In this document: positions 51,661 to 63,676 of the stretch, piece after piece
How positions within the stretch are numbered: the stretch's first letter is position 1
How the letters are laid out: each line of letters starts with the position of its first letter
Assembly: GCF_009834535.1 (NCBI RefSeq)
Contig: NC_045697.1
Coordinates: 105,464,001-105,528,000, forward strand
Direction of reading: 5' to 3'
Length of the DNA stretch: 64,000 bases
Source: Camelus ferus
Taxonomy: Eukaryota
Notes under the pieces: model-generated
Told to the model about the DNA's origin: nothing
Databases searched by the model: none
Seen by the model: the letters and a program-made list of their open reading frames with translations, nothing else
Made by a program: the position numbers and the translations under genes

Positions 51661-53296
51661 ACTTTTCACAGAACTAGAACAAATAATCCTAAAATTTAGA
51701 TGGAATCACAAAAGACCCAGAATTGCCAAAGCAATACTGAAGAAAAAGAATAAAGCTGGAGGAATAACCCTCCCAGGCTTCAGATAATACTGCAGAGCTA
51801 CAGTCATCAAAATAGCATGGTACTGGTGCAAAAACAGACATATGGATCAATGGAACAGAACAGACAGCCTAGAAATAAACCTACAAACTTTTGGTCAATT
51901 AATCTTCGACAAAGGAGGCAAGAACATACAATGAAGAAAAGACAGTCTCTTCAGCAAATGGTGTTGGGAAAACTGGGCAGCTGCATGTAAATCAGTGAAG
52001 TTAGAATACTCCCTCACACCATACACAAAAATAAACTCAAAATGGCTTGGAGACTTAAACGTAAGACAAGACACTATAAAACTCCTAGAAAAAAACACAG
52101 GCAAAACATTATCTGACATAAATCTTAGCAACGTTCTCCTAGGGCAGTCTACCCAGGCAATAGAAATAGAAGCAAAAATTAACAATGAAACTTACAAGCT
52201 CTTGCACCACAAAGAAAACTATAAACAAAACAAAAAGACAACCTATGGAATGGGAGGAAATATTTGCAAAAGATGAGGCTGACAAGGGCTTAATTTCCAG
52301 AATTTATAAACAGCTCATACAACTTAATAAGAAAAAAACAAGCAACCTAATCCAAAAATGAGCAGAAGAGCTAAACAAGCAATTATCCAATGAAGACATA
52401 CAAATGGCCCATAGGCACATGAAAACATGCTCAATAAACATCGCCAGAAATTCAGATCAAAACTATGATGAAGTATCACCCCACACCAGTCAGAATGGCC
52501 ATCATTCAAAAGTCCACAAACTAAATGCTGGAGAGGATGTGGAGAAAAGGGAACCCTCCTACACTGCTGGTGGGAATGTAGTTTGGTTTAGCCATTATGG
52601 AAAACAGTATGGAGATTCCTCAAAAGACTAAAAATAGACTTGCCATAAGATCCAGCAATCCCACTCCTGGGCATATATCCAGAGGTAACTCTAATTCGAC
52701 AAGATACATGCACCCCAATGTTCATAGCAGCACTATTTACAATAGCCAAGACATGGAAACAACCTAAATGTCCATTGACAGATGATTGGATAAAGAAGTT
52801 GCAGTATGTTTATCCAATGGAAACTACTCAGCAATAAAAAGGAATAAAATAATGTCATTTGCAGCAACAAGTATGGACCTGGAGATTGCCATTCTAAACG
52901 AAGTAAGCCGGAAAGAGAAAGAAAAGTGCCATATGATATCATTTATACATGGAATCGTAAAAAAAAAAAGAAAGTCAAACAAACTTATTTATAAAACAGA
53001 AAGAGACTCACAGACACAGAAAACAAAATTATGGGTACCAGTAGGTAAGGGGGTGGGAAGGGATAAATTGGGAATTTGTGATTTGTGAATACTAACTAAT
53101 ATATATAAAATAGATAAACAAGTTTATACTGTATACCAAAGGGAACTATATTCAATATCTTATAGCAACTTATGGTGAAAAAGAATATGAAAACAAATAT
53201 ATGTATATTCATGTATGACTGAAGCATTATGCTGTACACCAGAAATTGACACAGCATTGTAAACTGATTATACTTCAATAAAAATATATATTAAAA
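51661..53296 (+). mobile_element. 5'-truncated L1 (~1.6 kb)
   Basis: ORF2 C-terminal motifs and 3'UTR; TSD AAAA(T/C)AGGAT at 51651-51660 and 53297-53306. Confidence 0.95.
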
Positions 53297-53709
53297 AAAA
53301 CAGGATTATATTAACATTCTTATCATCACCATTTTTGTCCATAAACTATTCTTACCTTTGTTTTAAAAAAATCATTTCATTAGTTTAAATTCTTAGGAAT
53401 GTGATCATTGGATCAAAAGTTATGATCATTTTTATAACTCTTCAAACATGGTGCCAGATTTCATCACCAAGGAGGGAAATAGTGGACACTAATACCAAAA
53501 ATTCGTGTCCTTGATTTTTCAAATTTTCCCTTTAAAAATTTTTGTCAATTCAATAGGTGTGAAAGGCATACTTTGTTGATTTAGAGGTAAAGATGAATTT
53601 TTTTCAATATTGAGATAATCTTGTCATTGCTTTTTTGCTGATGCATTTGAACTACATTTATCCTTGGACTTTATCATTGCTCTTTATAAATTGATATTTA
53701 AAATGTATT

Positions 53710-54056
53710 AAACACTTTTTTAAAATTGAAGTATAGTCAGTTTATAATGTTGTGACAATTTCTGGCACACAGCATGTTTCAGTCAGACATACATACACAT
53801 ATATTCCTTTTTATATTCTTTTTCATTATGGGTTACAACAAGGTATTGAATATAGTTCCCTGTGCTATACAGTAGAAACTTGTTTATCTGGTTTTGTGAG
53901 GATTTCCTTTTATTTCCTATTGTAAGAGATATTCGGCCAAAGTTCAATAGGTACACTGTGAGATTTGTTCTGTATGCATAGTTTTTGCTGTATTCATGGG
54001 AGAGGTGAGCACAGCACCCTTCTATTCTGCTGCCATCTTGGCAATCTCCCAACTCC
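53710..54056 (-). mobile_element. Bipartite mini-L1: ~170 nt L1 5'UTR start fused to ~180 nt 3'UTR tip
   Basis: Minus strand GGAGTTGGGAGATTGCCAAGATGGC...CACAAAACCAG|ATAAACAAGTTTC...TACTTCAATTTTAAAAAA; TSD TAAAATGTATT at 53699-53709 and 54057-54067. Confidence 0.88.
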
Positions 54057-54509
54057 TAAAATGTATTTTATTTTATTTTTTTACAGATATAAACAAAAAC
54101 TTCACTTAATCTGACTAATACCTCAACCGTAATTAAACTCATAATAGTAAGCTACATTTACATTCAAGTTAAGATTAATCAACAAGAAGTCAAGTTCAAA
54201 CTTTGTGCTTCATGCAAACCAAACACATACTCGCAATAAACCAATATAGAGAAGTTCATCATTACAGAATCGAATCTTGGGTAGAACCTTTAAATTTAAA
54301 ATGTATTTTAGACATATACTATTTTGAGAACATTTGGGAATTTTATGAGGAATAAAGGGATTTGATTTGTGCCAATGGAGTTTTGACTGGACATTCAAAG
54401 TTAGGGACATAATGAGGACACTGGACAAGTCAGGGGAGAAGGCAAATCTGCAAGAGAAGTGGAGTATGTGATAGTTGAGTAGCTGTGTTTGAAGACAATT
54501 TCTCTGTAA

Positions 54510-54780
54510 CACATTGCCCTTTGCCTGGATAGTGCTCAGTATTCCTGCAGGACTCAGTTTAGATGTTGCCCCTCCAAGGAGGCTGCCTTGATGTTTCTAC
54601 ACTTAAACTTTCATGCTTAAATAATACCTAGGAATGTCCCTGTCACCTTCATTTAATATCCTATCTTGTGTATTTGGGTTAATTGTTCATCTCCTCATTG
54701 AACTTGAGAGCTGTGAAGACTGAAACTGTCACCTAACAGGGCAGCTAGCATGTAGTTGGCAGTCGAAGAATAATGAATGT
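54510..54780 (+). mobile_element. L2 3' end fragment
   Basis: GACTCAGTTTAGATGTTGCCCCTCC; GCATGTAGTTGGCAGTC...AATGAATG. Confidence 0.65.
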
Positions 54781-55299
54781 AGCAGTTTAGCTTGACCAGG
54801 AAGTAATTGTCTTATTTACTGTTGTTGATAATTAGGGCCATTCCTGTTAGCAGGACTGAATATGCTTGTTGCTTTATCATCTAAGAAAACTATAAATTTT
54901 GGGAGGAATCTCAGGTTAAACATCCATGTAGACAGATAATTAGATATGTAAGCCTTCAATGAATGGGTTTTTATAAAATAGTCCATTCCCATATGTAACT
55001 AGTGAAAAAATATGAGTGATTTGTAAAAAGGTCTGTTACAATTGACCATGTGATTCTATGGGAAAATTATATAAATTAACCATCTTATAAAGTGATATAT
55101 GCCTTTAAATAGTTCATTTTCTATATTTTAATGGCTATCAGCCTTATGTCTACTGTGGCTAAATATCTGTTATCCTGGGCCCTAACAACAAAAAAATTAT
55201 GAATGAAATATTATCACTAAGAAATAGCACCTAAACATGGTGATTATATCACAGAAGGGATGCTGACTGTTCACACGTAGGACCTGTAACAAAGACGAG

Positions 55300-55890
55300 A
55301 GTAACAGCTAATACTTGTATTGTGTGTACTTACATCACATGCGAGGCATTGTTCTAAGTGCTTTACTTTTAAATGCATTTAATTTTCACAAAAACCCTAT
55401 GAGGTATTGCAATTACATGTTGGCACTCCAAGATACTCTGGTGTTAACCTAGTTCAGCGAGGATACTCAGCCACACGGAGCTTAAGCGATTACAGTCCCA
55501 TAATCAGTGTACCAGGAGGGTCAACGCTTGGTCACAGGCTTCCAGAGTAGTACACTTCAGGTCTGCTTTCCTTCCGCTTGGTCATTTCCAAACGTTTGGA
55601 TTTTAAGTTTTAAGTGAAAAAGGAAGAAGAGCTGACATAATTTTTCAAGCTTTTATCTTATTCCAAGTAAGATGATTTAAAAAACAGTATCTTTACTTGG
55701 AAAACAGCAAAAGGAAAAGAAAAAAAGCAAAACCAACAAAAAGTAATGAATAATCATACCAATAATAACAATCCTGCTTAACATTTTTAAAATCATTTGT
55801 TATTAGCTAGACACTGTGCCACCGACTCCATGGATTATCCTGTTTAATCCTCACACTCTCCTGCAAAGTAAGGACTATTATTTTCATTTT
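55300..55890 (-). mobile_element. MIR fragments (~55300-55560 and ~55770-55890)
   Basis: GGCATTGTTCTAAGTGCTTTAC...AACCCTATGAGGTA; TTTAATCCTCACACTCTCCTG. Confidence 0.7.
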
Positions 55891-56073
55891 GCCTTTATCA
55901 TTCCACAGGAGAAAGTATATTTTATTGAAAAAAATATGTAGAAAGGACATGACTTCAAAAGTTTAGTCTTTTACATTGAATAAAATTTAGCTCTTGGCAA
56001 TGAGTAGTGTGTGTATGTGTGTATTTTTGATTCGCCTGTTTGATTTTCTGTACACTGTAAAGCTAACCCATGG

Positions 56074-56374
56074 TATGATGCTATAAAGGTGGATACATGT
56101 CATTATACACATAACCAAACTCACGGAACGTATAAGAGGAAGAGAAAACCCTAAAGTAAACTATGGACTCTGGGTGACCATGAGGAGTCCATGTATGTTC
56201 ATCAGTTGTGAGAAGGGTACCACTCTGTAGGGGATGTTGATGTGGGGGAGGGTATGCATGTGTAGGGGCAGGGAGTATATGGGAAATTGCTGTCGTTTCC
56301 ACTCAATTTTGCTGTGAACCTAAAACTGCTCTGAAAAAATTACCAAGTGTTAAAATACAAAACAAAAACAAAAC
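56074..56374 (+). mobile_element. L1MC1/2-like 3' end with decayed tail
   Basis: GGTGGATACATGTCATTATACA...TTTTGCTGTGAACCTAAAACTGCTCT; imperfect TSD AAAGC..CTAACC.ATGG on both sides. Confidence 0.88.
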
Positions 56375-57639
56375 AAAGCCCCTAACCATGGAAGATTATT
56401 TGCTACCCCTGTCTAATGCTACATTGCTTCCCTACCAAAAGATAGAAAAATCCTTAGCAGCTGTTTGGAAAACTGCAGCAAGAGATGACTGCAGGTTTGC
56501 AGAAGAAGAAAAGTTAAATTGACATCCTGAAACACAATTTAAAGCCTTGCCGTATAGTTAAGATATTCTGGATGTAGCAGCAGCCAAAAGACCCACTTGG
56601 CAGTGAGTAAATTCGTGTAGCTCTTTTAGAGCAAAGATATCAGTAACCCATTGAGCAAAGAGACAGAGTCATGAGAAATGATTTGCTCTAAAATGGTCTC
56701 TAGAGCTACAAAAATAGGACAGTTCTCCTATGCGTCTGCCCACGTGGCAAGACTGTCAGTTTCCCTTTGAGATTTTTAACCTTAACCATATATATGGCAA
56801 ACAAGTCCATTAGTAGTGCTATCTGTGAATGCAAACTACAACAATACATTATATATGTGCGCTAACATATTTGCTGAATTTTAAAGTATGCAGCAATGTG
56901 AGATTTGGAGTGAGGCTGTTGTTTATAACGTATATCATGAAATGAAGAGCAGATGATCTAAGAATGAACATTTGTTGGAATGATCTCTCTGGGCTTAAAT
57001 ATTTATTTTACTTCCTCAACCCCCCTCCCTTTTTGACAAAGTACTATGTTTTCCAAAATCTACAATATGAAACCATGGAAAGTTTATGATAAAATCACCC
57101 CAAATTGCTACCATAAATTATTACCTCCTAGATAGTCTTTTTTTCTGTAATGTGCAATTAATCAAGGAAACAACTTATTCTTTCTAATTAAGGAGCTCAT
57201 TCTAAGAGTTTTATTTTAGGTGTGAGACAGGGTCTTGATTTCTGGGAAAAAAATTACGTGGTTGCCCTATAATATGTACTATGTTTCACGTCCATCTTCA
57301 GGGCTTTGTATACAATCCCAAGGAAGGAACACCCCTTATCCTATTCCTCAGGGCAAGTGGGAACCCATCACTGTAAAAGCTCAAGGCTTTGAAGACAATT
57401 TTGAAGGAAACAATGTCTCAGGTAGTTCACCCAGCAGATTTTTGGGAGGCACACTTGCAAGAGTTGATGAGAATCAAGATCTAAAGCTCATTAGAGAGGA
57501 TGAAGGTTTATTTTCTCTGTTAACTCCTGCAGGGCATGGTGAGAATCCCATTGCCTATTTCATAGGATTCCTAGATTTTTCACTTGTTCTGATAAATTAT
57601 TTCACCCAAAGCTTATTTATCCTTGTGGTGCAAATGATT

Positions 57640-58682
57640 TATCTGTTTATTCATCCATCTGTCCATTCATCCTTCCACCCATCCACCCATCCAACCATTT
57701 TCTAATTAACTAATACATAAAAATATATGCATTGAGCACCTGCCAAAGATACACAGTATAAGTCCTGAAAATTCAAATATGAATGAAATGATCTCTGCTT
57801 CTGGAAAACTCATGGGTCAATATAGTCATGCAAAATAACATTTGCTTCACTCCCTGAGTTAGTTTTCTAAAACTGAATCATGTCAAGACTCTTCAAGCGG
57901 TCTGTCTACATGGCTATCAGAATAAAACTAGTCAGTGTGCAATTTGAGATCTTCTCTGAGTTCAGCCTCAGTGACTCTTGTAGCCTCACTGTGCACCATG
58001 TTCCTTTTCAAGGCTCACACTTTAGCCCAGTGACCTACTTTCTGCTTCTTGTACATTTGGTCCTTGTATTTTCCTGTCTCCTGAACGTTATTCATGCTGT
58101 TCCATTAGTCCTGAAAAGACTTTTTCCAGTTCCAGGGCACAGCTCAAATTCTTCCTTCTTCAGGGAATTATTTTATTTTATTTTTTTATGATCCAACATT
58201 GTACTGTATTGCTACTGAGGGCCTCCAGCCTCACCCTCCTACAACTAATTATCAGAATGTTCTCCTAAAGCACTAATTTGATCCTGTCACTCCATTTAAA
58301 ACCTGTTAATGATTTTCGGTAAGTCCCTGTAAGATCAAGTTCTGGGTCTTCATCATGGCATCCAAGATCCTTTATGACTCGACTCCTGCCCCAGCCAATC
58401 AGAATTGTGTAACTTTCCTTGAGTGTAGTGTGTCCTCCTGCACGAGCAATCCTTTGCACAAACTATTTTATTTTCCTAAAATACACCCATTTCCTTTTTC
58501 TTTCAGGGTTCTATTTCGACGTCACTTCCAGGAAACCTTCTTGATCCCTGAAGGTGGGTTCAGGTGTCTCCTACCTGTTCCCATAGTGGCTTGTATTTCC
58601 CCTGGCAAAGTGCATAAAGGCACCTTGTCATGTTCACATGCAACAGGTACCAGCAACAGGCATTCAATGAATGCTTAGTTGA
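57640..58682. mobile_element. L2 fragments (minus-strand 3' end ~57640-57815; plus-strand ~57850-58682)
   Basis: (TCCA)n + ATTGAGCACCTG; TGATCCTGTCACTCC...CATGGCATCCAAGATCCTTTATGA; CAGGCATTCAATGAATGCTTAGTTGA. Confidence 0.7.
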
Positions 58683-59589
58683 GGATGTTGAGCTGAGCCA
58701 CCATAATTTCCCTCACGAAACGTACAAGCTGGACGTTGACGGCAATGTTTTACCATGTGGCCAAACAGCATGTGGGAACTGGAGGGAAGCAGGTGAGCAC
58801 TGAGGCTAAATATTCCCACCCCAGGATGCGTACATTAAAATTTCTTATACAACTTGATTTGAAGCATAGTTTTCAGGGGGTAAGATTAACAATTCCCTGT
58901 CTAAAATATTGTGGGTATGGATTCGAAAAGACAAATCACTAAGAGATGCAAAACCAATTAATACTTGGGCTGCAAGCAGTTCGTTTTTTATTTCATTTGT
59001 CCTTGGGAAGGGTGTCTTCATTATTTCTCAAGAAACCACTAAATTTTAGGTTAATCAACAGAACCTTTCCTGAGTAGCTGTGCAAACAGTGAACATGGCC
59101 CCGGGGACAGGGTCACTTCTGCAGTGTATTCAAATTCTCGTAGTTACCATTAAAGGAACCCGAGGGAACCAAGATCAGTGGGTCATGCTCCCTGGAAGTC
59201 ACCCATTGTGGAGATCTGCACAGAATGTGTCTGACTCACCAACCAGAATAAACAAACCTGGGGATTCTTCATGGTTTGTGTTATGTATGGGGGACAGGAG
59301 CACGATTACTACTTGCAGGATGTAGCAATTGGGGTCACTGCTCATTGGATTTTAAAGGTAATGTAATCATATTTTGTAACCACAGTTTGGGGAAGGTTGG
59401 GGACTTCTGAGTTGTATACCATTAATTAACTCACACCAATTTTTCCCTTGTTTTTCAAAAAATCCATAGTTATCACATTTAAAAAGTGAGTTAATAAAGA
59501 ACTATGAAGCATAGGACCTTGACAAGTTACAGGCTGATTTCTCTGTCTCCAACCAGGACCTTACTGAAGGAGTTGTTTACCTGACTGTA

Positions 59590-59725
59590 AAAAAATCTTC
59601 AAAGGGGAAGATTCCATAACTTCCTTTGGTAACCAGTTCTTTTGTCTTCCTTGAAGTAATTTAGTTTACCTCTGTAATAGTCCTTCCTGCAGCAATTTAA
59701 AATCCTGTTTTCTTTTTGTGGTCTT
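59590..59725 (-). mobile_element. L3/CR1 fragment
   Basis: GAAGATTCCATAACTTCCTTTGGTAACCAGTTC...CCTTCCTGCAGCAATTTAA. Confidence 0.55.
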
Positions 59726-59958
59726 GACTTAAAATGACAGAAGTGCTTTGTATGCTATGATAAATGAAGCAAACTTTCAATTATCTGTGCTAATGGGGTG
59801 GCCGACTGAGGAAGAGCTGGAACAAACGAGATCTAGCATTGTCTCCAAACCTCATTTTGGCTATTAGTTTTGACTTTTTCTCCAATAAACCTTTCAAAGA
59901 GTCTAGAAAAAAGCAACACGCTGATTTGAATTTTGTGTCTTTTCTTTTTCCCTTGCAG

Positions 59959-60128
59959 GTGGAGGCGATAATGATCACTGAAATCCCCAAAGGAGAGGGG
60001 GACAGCGGGAGATGGAGAAGTCAGGGGTGTGGATAAATTGGAGGCTACATTCACGCATTTGTAAAAGCTTTAGGTTTCTGGCTTACCAATCTGCTTTCTC
60101 CAATTGCTCTATAACTTCATTTAGCATT
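59959..60128 (+). other. Candidate non-coding exon
   Basis: Branch-like CTGAT, long pyrimidine tract, TTGCAG|G acceptor; ATT|GTAAGT donor; all frames closed. Confidence 0.3.
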
Positions 60129-60909
60129 GTAAGTCGGGAAATCATTGTGCGTGCATGTCATTTTGGAGGTGCAAACCGTGTCCTCTGTAACAATATTCTC
60201 CATCAAGCAATAGTAATGCATCCAGTCGGAACTTGAAATCCATGAGCTACACGACAATTAGTTGCTCCAAAGAGAACTGAACTTGCTATTTTGTAAAAAT
60301 GGGACAATAAAATAATAATTGCTCCTTAGTAATTAAAAATGCAGCCAATTAAAGGCATATACATTTACATAAATGGAAGAACCTTAAATTTTGCATTTCC
60401 TGACTGATAGGATTAAACTTCCAAAGAAAGTGTGAATTAATGCAAATGTTAACATGGCATCTCCTAAATCCTTTTCTACTTTTACCACCACGAACAGAAT
60501 ATAGAAAAGTAAAAATACATAATGAGAGGCCAGTCTCCGTTTGTTTTGTCATTTACCCAAGGAATACCAAGCATGCTTAGAAACCGTGGAAAATGTAGCA
60601 AGATTTCAGGTACCAAACATCTATACAAGATTATATCTGTACCATCTATATCTATACCATTGATATCTAGGTCTATACAGTGAGATCTAATCTCATATGA
60701 TATATACATGCATCTCAGACTTTCTGGTAAGAAAGTTCAGACTGGCTTTCTCTTTTTCAGAGGCTGTCATATTTAGTGGTTCCACTCCTTTAGTGAGATC
60801 TTCCTCTTTATAATCTACAGGAGCATTTCTAGGATGGCTGCCTGGTTCCCTTCTGTCCCCAACAAAGCATTTGTTTTCCTCTTTGTTCCTCTGCTTGTTC
60901 CCTTTCCAG

Positions 60910-60995
60910 TGGGATCTGGGTCCTATGATGGTGATCCATTTTTCTTAGGCATCTCTTCTTTCCGACTGGACCCCTCACTCAGTGACTTGGGCTAG
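60910..60995 (+). other. Candidate non-coding exon
   Basis: About 35-nt pyrimidine-rich tract + CCAG acceptor; TAG|GTAAGT donor. Confidence 0.3.
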
Positions 60996-62303
60996 GTAAG
61001 TGCGGGTCTCCACAGGGCTGCCTTTGTGTGCCTGTAAAGAAAAAAGTCCTCACAATTGGACCTTGAGCCCTACAATGCTAGGTTTAGGGTTACAACTATG
61101 GCCGTGTTGACTGTAAACTACTTAGGACATTTGGACATTGGAGTCTGGAATGATGCTTATTTACCAGATTCTCTTTGGAGATGGATATAAGAAGCAGCAC
61201 GCTGGAAGCTCTGTACTTTTCTCTGCTTTGCATGTTTGACATTGCTTAATAAACATCCCTGTGTATTGCTTCTCACCGTTACCTGCTCATTTATTGACTA
61301 TCTCACTGATATTAAATATTTTCTGACAATTGCAAAAGCTTATGCTCATTCTCATGAAGATTCATTTAAGATATAATTTCCAGAAGTGTTTTGCATTGTA
61401 AAAGCTGGAATCATCTGTCAAAAATAAACGCCTATCTGCTCAACCGAAGAGATAGAAAAATAGTGTTTGAAAAATGAGTTTCTGTAAGAACGCAAGTTAT
61501 AATGACCCATAAAACACAGTTCTTTGCAAACCATCACGTGCAGTTTTTATGCAGTATCAAATAACTTTTAAATAGTTTCTGTGGCCCTTCTTATCCTGAC
61601 AACAAATGCATTTAAGTTTTTATTTCTCATGGATGAAAACCACTGGTGAAATTCGAGGTTTTACAGTGCAGCCGTGTTGTGATGGCTCACTGCTAAAAGT
61701 AGCCATGGTTCATGGCCTGTTGGTCTGTGGTTTCACTCTCTTGTAAGGAACTGAGGGGCGTGTCCGCACGTTGTGATCCAGTTTACTTGAATCCCCACCA
61801 GAGTTCCCGAGCCCGCAGCCAACCACAGCGGGACCTCTGGCTGTACTCGCCTTTTAAGGTGTGAAGCTGTGGCCAGAGGTGACTCAGTCCAGGTGGGGAG
61901 AAGTGAGGAAGAGCAGCCTGGAAGCTCAGGGTTCAATTCGCACCTTCTTTTTTACCTGTACAACACTGCACTTTATGGTTTGTTTTTAAATCTCAAAGTT
62001 TACTTTGGAGGAAGTCTTTTGTCAGTGTCTAGAAGTTTTTTGAGTTTTAAAAGTTATATTGTTTTTATTCTTTTACTCTGAACAAGCCATTTTCATCATC
62101 TCAGGAGCATTTCTAACTGGCCACCACAGCACAGTTCTTCATGCTGAAAGATGGATCCCACGTCCCGATTTCCAGCCTCACTCTGCCCCAGGGGTTCTGT
62201 GGACTCCACCAACCCCTTCTAGTTGTTTCCTATGTGAAGTGCTAGGGGAGCCTATTTTTTCCACCATATTTTTTTCCTTAGGGGCTTCCCATACAAAGAG
62301 CCT

Positions 62304-62726
62304 TGTCCCAGCTTGGGTTCTTCAGAAGCGGGTTCTTCAGAAGCAGGTTCTGAGTCAGAGACCAGAGTGAGAGATGTGTATCATTAGCCAACACCTGTGG
62401 AAGGAAGGAGGCTTGGGCAGAGGGAGAAGTTGACTTGAAATGTTGGCCAGCCATCCCATGGGGACTCTGGAGCTTATATATTCTTTCAGAGTTGTTTCTC
62501 AGGAGCCAAAATGGCCAGGTCTTTATGTTGTTGCTGCAATCCGTCATTGGATGTGGTGTGTCCCTGGAAGGACATGGCCTTGGTTGAGGAGGGCCTCCAC
62601 AGCTGGAACTAGGCAACTAGAGGAATCTGGCAATAAGGGGTCCTTTGCTGGCAGCATCCCCAGCAGCTGGGATGACAATTTCTTCCTTGAAGAGGATTTG
62701 TGCATCACATCTCGACATCCACCGCA
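62304..62726 (-). mobile_element. LTR16A-like ERVL solo LTR
   Basis: TG...CA termini, CAACACCTGTGGAAGG, GGGCAGAGGGAGAAGTTGA, CCCAGCAGCTGGG; TSD AGCCT/AGTCT; 15-bp tandem duplication GGGTTCTTCAGAAGC. Confidence 0.85.
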
Positions 62727-62807
62727 AGTCTTTTGGCTAATCTGGGCCTCAAGGCATGACACAGGTATCCCACACTTTCTCTAAGTAGATACATGAACGA
62801 GAATAAT

Positions 62808-63013
62808 GGCCCTAATAATTCTTTCTTGGGGTGGAGTGGGGGCAGGAGAGGGCTGTCCCGTGCACTGTAGGATATTTAGCAGGGTCCTTGGCCTCCATCC
62901 ACTAGATGCCAGTGGCAGTCCCCCTCTTCCTCAAGTTATGACAACTAAAAATGTCTCCAAGATATTGCCAAATGTCCCTTGGTGGACAAAATTGTTCCTG
63001 GCTGAGAACCAAT
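62808..63013. mobile_element. MER20 (hAT-Charlie) partial
   Basis: GGGCTGTCCCGTGCACTGTAGGATATTTAGCAG...CCACTAGATGCCAG...AAAATGTCTCCA...GAGAACCA. Confidence 0.9.
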
Positions 63014-63538
63014 CTGTTACATGGACTAAAGGCGAAAGTATAATTTTGATTTCCTAGTTTAAATTAGCTGATATACTTAAGCAGAAAGCAGAAAAAATAT
63101 CATCTTTTGATAATGCAAAGAAAAGCTCATTCATAATTATTGTGCCAAAAGAATGATTACTTAAGTGGTTAGTGGAAAAAGAATTCTGTGCTTCAGGGTG
63201 GAGATTACTAGGCACTAAATAACTTTGCATGTGAATACAATGCTATGCTTTCTATTTTCCCAAGTGTACTGTAAATTTGCTCGGGTGCTTTTTTCTTCTC
63301 TTTCTCTCTTTCACTTAAAGATGTGAGATGGCAGATTTCACCCTTTCCCTTGCTTCTGCGATGATCTGGCTTTGGTGTAGCATGTCATCCAGGGAAGCTG
63401 TGCTCTAGGTGAGGTTATTGGGTGCAACTGGTTTCTAACTCAATAGTTTGGTTAGTTGTAATGGAAGGTAAAAGAGAAAAGCAAATGCAAGGAATTGAAA
63501 TAAGACATTTGTACTTCTTGCTTTTTCCTCCTCTCCAG

Positions 63539-63676
63539 ATGTGGATGACTTCAACTTGTGTCTAGGTCTCACTTTACCATTTGATCTAAAGCTGATGTTG
63601 ACTTCTTACGTATTTTTCCAAGTTTGCTCTGGGAGAGCAGTTGATGCCTTCTTCTTGTCAAGTGTAGAAGAATGAG
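63539..63676 (+). other. Candidate non-coding exon
   Basis: CTTTTTCCTCCTCTCCAG acceptor; GAG|GTATGA donor; all frames closed. Confidence 0.25.

Noticed and set aside
57235..57705. 156-aa ORF
   Set aside because: Non-ATG start, runs into an L2/(TCCA)n tail, and has no recognisable domain or exon boundaries.
62059..63057. Cluster of overlapping 70-115 aa ORFs
   Set aside because: They lie largely over the GC-richer LTR16A and MER20 repeats, where chance ORFs are expected.
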